DNA of 64,000 nucleotides from Torpedo marmorata (Eukaryota). Below the pieces are notes generated by a model. That model was not told the DNA's origin. It saw nothing but the letters and a program-made list of their open reading frames with translations, and did no database searches. Numbering within the stretch: position 1 is the first letter of the stretch; each line of letters opens with the position of its first letter. A program made the position numbers and the translations under genes. The stretch is from the NCBI GenBank assembly GCA_977017645.1, contig OZ360223.1:156178001-156242000 (forward strand), given 5' to 3'. This document shows positions 52,097 to 64,000 of the stretch, in pieces.

Positions 52097-54297
52097 TGTT
52101 ATCATTCTAAAACTTTATATTAAAAAAAAAAGCATCTAAATTAAGCACTGCCACTCTTCCACTTGTTCATTGCTTTTCATTAACATCATTGCCTCGTTAA
52201 AACTTCCAAAATATAAATCTGCCAAGGGTTTAGTTGTAATTTTAGTGACCATCTGATCATTTTTGCCCCTCCATTGTCACTTGCTGTAGGTTTCTGTGAG
52301 GGGCGCTGGACAAAATAGCGACCCTCTGTCTGCCATACGGTAGACAGAAATGAAAGAATTTCATGTATGTTACATTCTAAATGTAGTATTACGTGACAAT
52401 AATGGAACCTTTACCTTTTTACCTTTACCTTAAATGGAAACTTGCAATTGCATGCCACCTTGTAAAGATTAAGGTGTCTGAAAATAGTTTAGGAAGGGAG
52501 TTCCAGAACCCATTGTCTTGGCAGCTAAAGGAACAAATGCCAGTGGTAGAGATGAGGCATTTTTGTCCCTACCCTAAATGATGTCTTTTCTATTTGCTCT
52601 CATCTCATTACCGGGCTTAATTTTGGTGGGGTTTCTCCATGTGCTTCCTTGACCCAATTCATTTTAAACATTCATAGCTTCCCTTATTGGCTTTCATCTA
52701 ACTTGGTATGATAAATGACGCCCTCTCTTAAGAACATACACTTGTGTCCTTAATCATTTTCTTCCAAACAGATGTCTCATCTCTCGACTCCTCTCAGCAG
52801 TTCTAATGAAAGGTCATTGACCTGAAACATTAATTATGTTTGTCTTTGCTGTGTGATCTGCATATTTCTAGTGTTTCCTATTTTTAATTTCAGATATCCA
52901 GCATCAGGTTTTTTTGCTTTGTGTTTTTTTTTTCCCCTGAATGGGTTAATTTCCATGTGCATCTTATCTGTTTGAGTTTCCTCTTGGGTTTTGTCACAAG
53001 CTGCATGATCATAAAAGTATTTTCACTCCTTAAATCTCTAATCACTGACATTGTTACTAATTGTACCTTGCTCTTCCAGTGTATTTTCTCTGTCCAAATT
53101 GGTTCCTCTTTTACCCATCAGCTCTTCAGTTTTGGCTTCTGTTCTGACCTTTGGTTGAAGGGTTTATCATTGCCTTTGTTGATGACTTCATCTGCATGAT
53201 ACCCCTTAACAAGATAATATGTAGACATGAAGTTAGTTTCTCCAAGCACACAAATGAGAAACAGCTGTATGTTTCCATCATTTCCCTCAACCATTCCCCT
53301 GCCTGTTTTTTGTTGATTACTCAGTAACTGATGAACAGTAATTTCCTGCAAGTAGACATCAGGAATTTTGAAGACTGTAGTTGCCCTTGCTGCAAACTCT
53401 GACCTTCCAACTCCATTTCCCCTTCCCAGTCTCTCAGTTTCTTCATGATTGAGCTTCCAGCTTTATTCCTTAGTTGCAAACTCCATTCCATAACATTGAC
53501 TATCAGCTGCTGATGATCTATCCTATCTCCATGATGCATGGCTATTTTAGCTTTTCATCCTCCATACAGTACTTTGTGTTAGCTCAACTTCTATAACAAT
53601 GGCAATGCTTCTCACTTTGATCTACATTTTTTGAAAACTTAAATCAGTTCCTTGTGTTTAAATCCCTTCGTTCCCTGTTTTTACAATCTTCTCCCTTTGA
53701 GCTTATTGCAGTCTTCTTCCAACCATTAGCAGAAGTAGCTGCAGTTGACATATCTAGCCTTTGGAATATTCTCCATTAATATTCTCAACCTTATTGTCAT
53801 CTTTAAACAATCTCCAAACAACAAAGTCAAAACCCCTGCTTGCACCTGGTTTCTTTAGATTGGCCTCTAGTATTGGTTCAATAATCCCCATTTGATTACA
53901 CAACCCCTTCTCTTCCAAATCATGCAATGTAGTGGCAATTTAGGCCAAATCAAAAGTGGTGTGTAGGGAATTTCTTTTTGCTGAATTTGTCACACAGCTG
54001 CTTCAATACAAAATTTCTGGTCATTTGAGATGAACTTTGAGCTTTTTTTTCTTCCCCTATCTCCCCCAATTTCCTACACGGCCCGGGATAGATTTTGATC
54101 CAGTTTGGAGCCAGTGTAGTTCAGAGCTAAATCTAAATTTCTCATGGCTGATGTTGCTGTACATCTGCTTCAACCTGGTTTGACTCTGGTATGTGTGAAA
54201 ACAGAAGCAAGTTTTAATTTTGCCAGAATACTATTGGTGAATTATAATTTCATAGAATTTCATTGATATCTCATTTGGATAAGAGTTTCTGTTTCTC

Positions 54298-55415
54298 TTT
54301 CTTTTTCAATCTTTTTATTGATTTTGTAAAAATTACAATACAGAAATTAAAATTAAAAAGGCAATGTTGCACAGATTGAGTATAATTTAACAGTAAGTAA
54401 CAATAGAGATATATCTTCGGTACAACAAATATAGATCATTTATATATAAATTTCTCCGATCCCCTCTTCGCCCTTTCTCACTAACATATTTTAATAAGCG
54501 ATCAAAATATGAGGACAATAAGAATACATATACATTTTAAAAAAACCCAAATCAGTACAATAATAATCTGCCTTATATCATAATTAACCAATATCTTCTA
54601 ATAGTTTCTCATCTCCTCAAACCGAATTTTTCAGATGAAGAAGAAAAAAACAAAGCAAAAAGAGAAGAAAAATTTTTTTTCCTACAAAACCCCACCTAAT
54701 CTAAATAAAACAGAACAAAAAAAAAACTGGGCATTCTATCTTGAAAGTTTATTGGTAAATAAAGTCCGTCAGCTGATGCACACCGTAGTAAAAAGAGAAG
54801 GAAAAAATAAATATAACAATTGTCCAGAATGGCAATTGATTGTACTAGTTAAATCATGCAGAAGTAATTTAAAAATGGTCTCCAAGTCTCCTCAAATTTA
54901 ACAGATGCATCAAATATATGACTCCTTATTTTCTCTAAACTCAAACATGACATAATTAGAGAGAGCCATTGAATTAAAGTAGGTGGGTTAGGATCTTTCC
55001 ATTTAAACAAAATGGCTCTTCTAGCTAATAAGGTAGAGAAAGCTACAACCCTCTGTGTAGAAGCAGGAATTTGTCCCACATCTAAAACTATTATTCCAAA
55101 AAGAGCAGTCAATGGGTTAAGTTGTAAACTAACATCTAGTATCGTTGATAAGGTCTTAAATATATCCTTCCAATATCTTTCCAACATAGAACACGACCAG
55201 AACTTGAGATAAAGAAGCCACTTCCAGCTTACATCTATCACAGATAGGATTAACGTTAGGAAAAATATGAGCCAACCTGTCTTTTGACAGATGAGCTCGA
55301 TGAACCACTTTAAACTGGATTGAAGAGTGTCGGGCACATTTGAAGAGGTTTTAACCAAGCCAAAATTCTTCTCCCATATTTCCTCTGAGAGATGCAACTG
55401 AAGTTCTACCTCCTA
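54298..55415 (-). mobile_element. L1-clade LINE 3' fragment
   Basis: ORF 54849..55397 (LLARRAILFKWKDPNPP..SLEKI..FEETWRPF) is an L1 ORF2 C-terminus; minus-strand aataaaaagattgaaaaag end; imperfect TSD core tgtttctc at 54290-54297 and 55420-55427. Confidence 0.85.
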
Positions 55416-55671
55416 AGTTTGTTTCTCGATGATTGTAAATGTGTGGAAAAGAGCAAGTAATTGTATACTTACAATTTCCAGTTCCTTGCAAAGAGAAGCA
55501 AAAAAAATCCACCAGTCGATGCTTATGTTCAATTTAAACAGCAATAATGTTTTGAGAAATCAGCACCTGTATTAGATTGCAGATACTCTGCTGTATACTT
55601 GTATTATGGGTCATGATGAAAACTAGAAATGCAAATTAATTATGGAAGATAAGTTAATTTGGATATTGAGC

Positions 55672-56520
55672 CAGGCACAATTCCAATGCTATCTTCAAGT
55701 TTGCCGATGACACCACAGTTGTCGTCAGAATCACAAACGGCAATGAGGAAGTGTTCAGGAGGGAGATAGAGCAGCTCTTTGAGTGGTGTCACAACAACAA
55801 CCTTGCTCTCGACGTGAGCAAAACCAAGGATATGATTGTGGACTTCAGGAGGAAGTCAGGGGAACACGACCCCTCATTGAGGGCTCAGTAGTGGAGAGGG
55901 TCAAGAACTTCAAATTCCTGGGTGTCAACGTCTCCGAGGATCTGTTCTGGAGCCTCCATGTTGGTGCAATCACGAAGAAGGCTTGCCAGCGGCTATACTT
56001 CGTGAGGTGCTTGAGGAGATTCGGTATGTCACCGAAGACTCTCGAAAACTTCTACAGGTGTACCGTGGAGAGCATTCTGGCTGGTTGCATCACTCTCTGG
56101 TATGGATGCGCCAACTCTCAGGACAAGAATAAACTCGAGGGTTGTTAACTCGGCCTGCGACATCACAGGCACCAGACTTCACTCCATTGAGGACATCCAC
56201 ATTAAAAAAGCAGCCTCTTTCCTCAAAGACCCCCACCACCCAGGCCATGCCCTCTTCACTCTGCTACCATCGGGAAAAAGGTACAGGAGCCTAAAGACGA
56301 GCACTCAGTGGCACGAAGTCAGCTTCTTCCCCGCTGCCATCAGATTCCTAAATAATCAATGAACAAAAGACACTGCCTTACTTTTCGTGCACTACTATGT
56401 TTATTTTTATTTTTTATATTATTGTTGTAAGATGGTTCATAATATGAATGTTTGCACTATGATGCTGCTGCAAAACACCGAATTTCGTGACTTGTTCATG
56501 ACAATAAATTCTGATTCTGA
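55672..56520 (+). mobile_element. Rex1/Babar LINE 3' fragment, young
   Basis: FKFADDTT, KNFKFLGV, KKACQRLYFVRCLRRF, LLPSGKRYRS; tail atgacaataaattctgattctga. Confidence 0.9.
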
Positions 56521-57141
56521 GAGGAGTGGAAACAGGTTCTCTTTTTCTGAAATCGTATTTTCAGTTGTTTTTCTTCTATTGTGTTTATTTCAGAAATGTG
56601 AAAATTGGTGATCTTTAAAGTTTTTCCTGTGTACTGAGACAAGTCACAAGATTGTGTTTAGTTCCTTTGTATCAACAATGATGACAGAAGTTAGGACAGG
56701 AAGCTTCCCTATCTATAAACAGATTGGCGAATCGGAAGTTCCAAATAAAAACAAAAATGCATCTAAATAGGAAAAGAGGTTAGTGTTCCAAGTGTTACAA
56801 ACTCAAACCAGCAACGACAGAAGACGCAATGCAAAGGGGTTAAAATTTAAATTTATATTTATTAAAGACAATTTAATATATATCTTCTTAACGGTTAACC
56901 CCACTATAAACGTCTATAACAACTATTCAGTTATCAAATACTTATCTAAAGTGTGTGTGTGTGTGAGAAAAGCCCAGACCATTACAGTCTGTGCCCAACC
57001 CTCATGTAAAAATGGAAAACCTTCCCCAAAACCCCAGGTCAGTCATAAAAATAAGTCAGTCTCAAAAATTCAGTCCACAAAAATCACTCTCTATGTTCAG
57101 GGACCAAATTCAGCTCTGTGTGCTGGCACAAAGGACTTCTT

Positions 57142-58095
57142 TTTAAAAAAATATTTTAAAAATTTTAAATCACAAAATACATAAAATAAAATATAAAATT
57201 ATCAAAGTATTTGTGATACATTTTCACCCCCCCTCCTCCCCTCCCCTCCCCAACCCCACTAATCTAATAAAAATAAAAGTATAAAATAAAAATAGAAAAA
57301 AAAGAAGAAAAAAGAAAGAAAAAGATAGAGTAAGGAGAATGCCAATCTATAAACTAATTCTATTATGGAGGTCAAGTATGCCAGTAGATCCGATATCCAG
57401 AGATCTTCAAATCCTTAAACCAACAACTTTCATATATGGGCTCCAAATTTTTAAGAAAAAATGATATTTGTTACGTAAATTATAAGTAATTTTTTCAAGT
57501 GGTATACACGAACGAAGTTCTGCATGCCATCTTTCTAATCCTAAATCTAAATCAGATTTCCAAGTAATAGCAATACATTTCTTTGAAACAGCTAAAGGTA
57601 TTCGCAAAAATTCTATTTGATACATATTTAATTTCATCTTAATACTAAATTTTCTAATATCTCCAAACAAAAATATCATAGGATCCATTGGAAATGTAAT
57701 CTTAAATACTTTATCTAAAAATTTTTTAACTTTCAACCAAAAATCATAAACTTTTGGACAAAACCATGTAGAATGTACAAAAGAACCTTCCTCTTTATTA
57801 CATCTAAAACATAAACCTGATAATGTCGGATTAAATTTCTTTAGTTTTTTAGGTGTTAAATATAATTGATGAAAAAAATTGTATTGTACTAATCTATATC
57901 TAACATTAATAATCTTCGTCATACTTAATTTACATAATTCTTTCCAATGATTTTCATCTATTCTTACATTCAAATCTAATTCCAATTTTAATCTTGATTT
58001 ATGAATTCCTACTTTAGGCATTTTCCTCTGAAACAATTTATACATTTGAGAAATAAATTTATTGACATCTCCTTTAGTAACTAATAATTCTAATT
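57142..58095 (-). mobile_element. L1-clade LINE 3' fragment nested in the LTR
   Basis: ORF 57407..58045 with zinc knuckle CFRC..HSTWFC and LEKITY; 13-bp TSD caaaggacttctt at 57129-57141 and 58096-58108. Confidence 0.92.
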
Positions 58096-58133
58096 CAAAG
58101 GACTTCTTAATGAACGTTGGAGAGAGAGACAGT

Positions 58134-59240
58134 AGGCCTTTTCACACTGCCAACCCACCTAGGAAGCGGGAAAACTTACAGGGAATGCTGGACTCGGGAG
58201 CTTTTCACACTGCACCATTATTTGCAGGTAATTCGCCAACTCAGGATTTTAAGGGGGTCCCACCTCCAGCGGTGACGTCACGAGTGACGTATTACGTACA
58301 GCACCCTGACAGCCCAGCTGTCTGATTCATGGAACAGCGATTTGAATCGCTACACATAAGACATAGAGATTTTTGAATATTATTTTACAATGTTTAACTC
58401 GGAGTGCTTTTTAAATCGAGTTGCCTGACAAGTTTTTATTAAACATAGGTGTTTTGCAATCAAAATTATTCCATCATTTCACTTTAATGAACCCTAAGTT
58501 TTACACATTTTTTGAAAGTGCATCATGTCAGATCAGTTCCCTCACGCTCCCCCACGCCGCCTGCTCCCTCGCCCTGCACCCTCACGCCGCCCCCTCCCCC
58601 GCCCTGCACCCTCACGCCGCCTGCTCCCTCATACCGCCCGCTCCCCCACGCCGGGGCTGTCAGGATGGAGCGGGGCAGTGGGATCGGTGTGGGGGAGATG
58701 GGGCAAGAGGAAGGGGGAATGGAAGAGAGGGGGTGGGGAGGGAGGGGAATGGAGGAGGAAGGGAGCGGGGTGGCGGGGTTCAGGCAGTGGAGCGGGGGGC
58801 TGTCAGGCAGCGGGGCTCAGGCAGCGGAGCAGGGCGTGGGCTATTTGGCAGCGGGGTTCAGGCAGCGGTGTGGGGGGCTGTCAGGCAGCGGGGCTCAGGC
58901 AGCGGAGCGGGGGGGCTATCAATCTGCCAGACTGATGCACGCACACGCTGACGTCAGTAACATTACGAGGTGAGCCGTTTGCCTTTTCAGACCGCCAGAG
59001 GACGGCTGGCGGGTTAACTCGGCCGGGCTCCAAGACTACCCCCGACTAGGTCTCGGAGCCCGGTCGATTTTGACCAGCCATGCCAGGTTGGCCCGACGTA
59101 GCAGACAAACGCGCTGTTTATATTGCGTGGAGACTAGTGACGTTTGAAGCACGCTAATGACGCTGGGGGTCAGGGGGTCACAATACCTCGTTTGGGGGAC
59201 AATGCCCGCGAATGCCCCCCTTGGCGCCGACCCTGTATAC
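58134..59240. mobile_element. Harbinger-like non-autonomous element nested in the LTR; right TIR not found
   Basis: Left end aggccttttcacactgcc resembles the 43972 TIR; internal cttttcacac and cttttcagac repeats; GC-rich tandem core; right boundary approximate. Confidence 0.6.
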
Positions 59241-59532
59241 CCTTCCGATGACTTTCCTTTTGTAGGTGCACGAGGGTTGCTGTTCAAATCAGTGTTCCAC
59301 TGATGAAGGCGTGTACGTAGATCTCACAGCCCATCTAGCTGATCTCACGTCTGTTATCCACGATAGTTGCTTTAAATCAGTCTTTTACTCTTCTCCACAG
59401 CCTTTCTATCTGGAATGCACAAGCCTCTGGTTTTGCTGTTCTCTCTCCAGCCTTTGTAACTACACTGAACTGCTTATGCAGAGTTTTGTACCTGCTTTTC
59501 CAAAAGTGCAACAAAGTATATTTTTCACAGCC

Positions 59533-59565
59533 TCTCTCTCTCTCTCTGTGTCTCTCTCTCTCTCT
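59533..59565. repeat. (CT)n microsatellite inside the LTR
   Basis: tctctctctctctctgtgtctctctctctctc. Confidence 0.85.
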
Positions 59566-62500
59566 CAGCACAGCCACTGGGCAAGTTAACTCTTTCAGTA
59601 CCTGGTCCCAGTGTGTACTCAAAAGACTTCATCCTTCCTGCTGACCATCCACAGTCCAAATGGTCAGTCATGGTCCATAACACAAGGGAGAACCTTGTTG
59701 AAAAAGCCAAAATTTTGTAGTCTTATGGAAAATGTGATACTTTGCAGAAAAACGAAGGTTGTATTTCTGTTTTGCTTAAAGAATGTTAGTAATGCAGGGA
59801 AGTTGATTTGTCTCCTGCTAAGTATGAATTGGTTGGGTTATTGAACAGTAAGTGCACAATAACAATAGTTGAGGCCAGCAAAATGGAGATGACCTTGTCC
59901 TCAGAACCAATAAACTGAGGGTGCATGTGATTTCTTAAGGTGCAAGGGGATTATATTGTATGGAAAAATGGATATTGATTATTTTTTAGCTTAACTGCAG
60001 TTGTTATAATTTGGTTGTAACTATTTTACATCTCTTTGGCTTTGAATCTGTTTCTTGTTTTTCCTCTTGATTTTTCCCTTTCTTGCTTGAGAAGTAAATG
60101 ATTCCTGACTTCAGGCACTGTATTCCTTTACAATTGTTTCTTGATGCTAAATGCACAAGGAATGCTTTTCGTACTAACCAGTCCTCCTCCACTACTCCCA
60201 TCTGTACCTTTTGAGCAGGGAAACTAGTTAACTCAGCAAACCCTTGTGTGGACATTTGTGTATTTCTGTACTCTGTGACCCTGTTCCACATTTGAGTACA
60301 TCATCGACGTGATAATTTTCATATGAAGATATGAATTTGGAGTAAGAGAAGGCCACATGTGAAACACGCGCACACATTTTAAAAACTATTTTATCTCTAA
60401 CTGTTAAAGGGCATAGTTGTGTCTGGTTTTAAAAAAGGATCAGGTCGCTGGGTCCAGATGTTGTGATCAAAAACTATTAAAGCTGATAGGGTGCATAAAG
60501 ATGAAGTATTTGTTTGAATTGTTTGTTGGCGTTGGACACCTTCACATGCCTGTGAAGAACGTGAGGTGTGCAACCTGCTATCATGGGGAATCGTTGAAAT
60601 AAATATTTGTACTATAGATGGAATTAAGAGGAGATGGAGCAAGCACGTGAAGGAGCAGGGAATAGACTAACCAATTGATGTAGATAAGGCAGGAAGCTTG
60701 AACTGAACATAAATTCTAGCATGGACTGATTGGGCTTTTTTTTCTGTATTGGTCATCCTGTGTTGTCTATTGTTACTAATGGGTGCTTCTGCTGAAATTG
60801 CGGTTCAAAGTCAGCTCAACGTCCATGCTTCACCTTGTTTGGAAGTGGAGGACTTATTTTGCCGACCATGTGCTCCAGATTTCAGTGGTGTTCTCATGTG
60901 GCAGCAGGTCCTTTAATGTGCAGTGATAAAGCCCTGTCTCCAAAATGTGCCTGACAACTTTGCCATTTGGTAAAGGCCTACACCCAGTTTTGCAGGCTGT
61001 AAAAACAAGACTTTAAGTTTTTATTTTGAATATCTCTGACATTTGGAGGCATTGAAGCCATTAAAAATGAAAATAATTAAATGCATGAAAATCTTGGTTA
61101 AAACACGGAAACATGTGATAAATAAATGGGTGGAAATATTTTTAATAAATGATCTTGTTTTCCTGTTTCCTTAATGTGTGGAGGCCTGCAATGTGCACTG
61201 AAATCAGGAGTCTGGATAATGCACTAGATCTAATATGGGACAGGAGCAGGGAGTCTATTTCCCAGGCTGACTGCTGGAGTACCTCAGGAAGATGGAGCTC
61301 TGCCTCTGAATCCCATGCTGTGTACTCAGTAAGTTCAGGGCTTGCATATTTTAGTGGGAGTCCCAGGTTTACTTCCATTTTAACAGATAATGTTTATGTT
61401 TCCATTTGGAACCATCAGCATTTGCCAGCAAGATCTGGACCAATATATAGTTTTGGTTGTTTGCCATCCCTTGTAGAGAACTCCTGTAGCACACCTGTGT
61501 GTACACGTGTGAGCGAACATGTCTCTCACTTAGTTTGTTTGCATGTTTGTGCATCACTCACTCATTTTCTCTCGTTCCTTGTGTGCTGGTCTCTCAGTGC
61601 ACGTGCCTCTCACTTACTCCTGTCTCTGTGCATCGTTGTTTCCCTTTCTCTGCATGCCTCTCTGTGTTTCTCATCACCACCCCACCCCCCCTCCCCTCTG
61701 CACCCGCCCCAACTTCAAGAAGATCTCAGCGTATTGAAACGGGCCAACAATCATTTTGTTGTTGGAGGGGTGGTGCGGCAGCTTAGCCTTGTATGAAATT
61801 TCGCCCCAGAGTTGAGGGGGTGGTTCAAATGTTAGCTTGCAGGAGGCTGATTTCCTGTCATCTTCCCTTCCCACTCATTTGTCATAGCCATTGCAACATA
61901 TTTATCATTCCCACTGCTGTCCTGTGTATTTGGGACTTCAATGACCTTTAGTTCAATACTTAATGTTGCATTTACTCAGAAAACTGCAGTATGAATTGTA
62001 TCCAACAGTTAATAAGATAAAACCTGCTGGCTGTAAAGTTGGTGAATAAATGTTTCAAACAGGTCACAACTGCAGGAAGATTGTTTTAAAGCAGCCAATT
62101 AAGGTTTAACGTAGTTTGCTGCTGTCAGCTGAATGGAAATACTTGTGAATGCAGGTTACCTCAAATGATAAGGAGGTGTGCACCATTCTGGGGGTGTGGA
62201 TCACAATTGGCTTAAATTGCAGAGTAGGGATTCTTACAGACACTCCATTGTTGAAACAATGTGCATCTTTCATGAGTACAGTTCTCAATTGTAATATTAG
62301 TCCTAAGCACTTGCCCTCTGCCTTTGAGCTTGGGAGGGGTAAAGATGGTTTCAGTTTTGAACCACAGGCTGAACAGGCTTTGGTCGGCTGCTTAGGTGCC
62401 TTTTGAGAAGTGAAGGCAGTCTGCAAGATGATGATTGTATGGCACTGAGACAGCTGCGAGGCAGATTGTGGATCCCAGTGTGATGGGTTATACTTACCAG

Positions 62501-62769
62501 CAGATTTGACGTGTGTTGACCTTAAACGTGGTCTTTCTCACCCCTGTGTAGTGCAAACTGCATGGTTTTGAAAATGTTATTCTTTTACGCGTGCAAGAAC
62601 CCTCTGCTAAGAGATACTTACCAGTGGTTCTGTCAGTTAACAATGTCTGGGAAGCGTCTGGTGCCTTGCGTGTGGACAGTTGCAGCAATGTTAGTGCTCC
62701 CGCTGTCAGGCTGGTGACAATAATTAATTTGAAACTGATTTGAGTTTAATGCTCAACCACTGGGGTCCC

Positions 62770-63150
62770 CTCTCCCCTTGCTATTTCCATCTGCCTATCA
62801 TCCTTCCCTTTCCTGATTTTGCTTGACTTCCTTTTGTATCAGATTCCATAATCTGCAGCCATTTGCCCCCACTTAACACTTCCCAGCCTCTGCAGTCTCC
62901 ACCCTTCTATCCCCCACCTTGCATGGTCTGCCCATCAACCCCTCCTCAGCTGGATCTGTATATTGCTTGATGGCTCCTGCCTCATCTCTCCTCTCAAGTC
63001 TCTCTATGCTGGCCACCTCTCACTGCAGACTCAAGTCTTGATGTAGGGCCTTGACCCAAAATGTTGACCATTGCTTTGCCTTTATAGAAAAAGCCAGACC
63101 CACTGAGTTTCTCCAGCAGCTCTTTTTACTCCAGATTTCTTCATTTGTGA
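62770..63150 (+). mobile_element. Old Penelope 3' fragment with degenerate hammerhead motif
   Basis: Pyrimidine-rich UTR, then gtc-ttgatgt-agggccttgaccc-aaaa-tgtt-gac and gacccactgagtttctccagca. Confidence 0.55.
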
Positions 63151-63549
63151 GTCTTGACTTTTTTCAAGAGTTTAATCCAGATCCTTTATGGAATGTTTAC
63201 TATACTCTTAAACAAGTTGATGATCTGAGGGAACTAATTGACTGTTTCTGATGCATAGTTTTAGTCATGATCATTGGCAGGTTATTCAGCTCTGGAAATC
63301 ATCACCTGACATACTCACATATGTTTACTTTCAAAGTTGTTGGATGGCAATTAGAGCAATTTAAACATATAACCCAAGGCCATTCATGATGGTTGTAACC
63401 TCTGTCATTCCTTGGCCGGAGTTACTGGGTTCAATCGTTGCCTCAGCAAGGAATTGGAGCCATTCAAATCATTTGCAGTGGTACCAGTTCAGGTTGGACA
63501 GTACACTTTAAAAAGTCCAAAGACACAGGGAGAAAAGTTTTTTTTCCCA

Positions 63550-63810
63550 TTAAGAAACATAGGAAATAGAAGCAGGTGTAAGCCATCAAGCCTTTGAACC
63601 TACTCTGCCATTCAATAAGATAATGGCTGATCTGGCCATGGATTCACCTCCACTTAACTGTCTATTCCCCATAACCATTAATCCCCCTACTATTCAAGAA
63701 TCTATCTGTACCTAAAGTGCATTTAATGAGACTGACTCTATTGCTTCATTGAGCAGAGAATTCCACTGATTGATTACTCCTTGGGAGAAAGTTCCTCCTC
63801 CTCTCTGTCT
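63550..63810 (-). mobile_element. CR1 LINE 3' end
   Basis: agaaacataggaaatagaagcaggtgtaagccatc..ctgccattcaataagataatggctgatc is the reverse of a CR1 3' UTR. Confidence 0.7.
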
Positions 63811-64000
63811 TAACAGTTTGACCAGTGAGTAAAGGTAATACTATTGCAGAAGTATAGAGTTTAAAGTCCAAGTTATCGTGGCCAAAATCTTATTTTACCT
63901 GCAGTCTGTTTAGATTTAATAAATTAATCTAGATTAAGCCTGTTCTATGGCTCTTCGGCCCAACTCGCTCATGCTGACCAAATTGGTATTCTGGCTTCGT

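Larger units (their letters stand above)
56793..59682 (-). mobile_element. Solo LTR (Gypsy-like, about 0.8 kb native) with two nested insertions
   Basis: Termini TGTTA...TAACA; 4-bp TSD caag at 56789-56792 and 59683-59686; minus-strand AATAAA about 75 nt from the LTR 3' end. Confidence 0.7.

Noticed and set aside
58421-58973. Three overlapping 136-176-aa ORFs
   Set aside because: Artefact of GC-rich tandem repeats lacking stop codons inside a non-autonomous transposon.
61149-61796. 215-aa ORF with ATG in ssbp3 intron 4
   Set aside because: No recognisable domain; second half is CT/GT low-complexity sequence; no match to the expected ssbp3 exon 5.
35554-64000. ssbp3 exon 5 (expected SAAAAPSPVLGN...)
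   Set aside because: Not found by eye; probably beyond the window, consistent with a long intron 4.

Overview
Repeat-rich vertebrate genomic DNA. The repeat set (HE1/V-SINE with CR1 partner, Penelope, Rex1/Babar, Tx1, L1) points to a cartilaginous fish, probably a ray or skate (inference). Two host genes lie on the + strand: the last two coding exons and 3' UTR of a KEAP1-family gene (2252-2428, 8120-8268), and the CpG-rich promoter plus first four coding exons of an SSBP3-type (SSDP/LUFS) gene (31131-35553), whose long intron 4 fills the rest of the window. The rest is mostly transposable elements, several with readable TSDs and nesting. Main observations: about 10 copies of a minimal, dimer-type hammerhead ribozyme motif at Penelope-like element ends, including a 268-bp hairpin insertion with a 16-bp TSD; a likely Keap1A-type paralog next to ssbp3 with a shortened C-terminal Cys tail; tandem stop/start uORFs in the ssbp3 leader; a two-copy non-tRNA, Rex1-tailed non-autonomous retroelement; and a solo LTR carrying a nested L1 and a Harbinger-like element. 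No prokaryotic systems or CRISPR arrays were seen. All family assignments come from reading the sequence, not from database searches.
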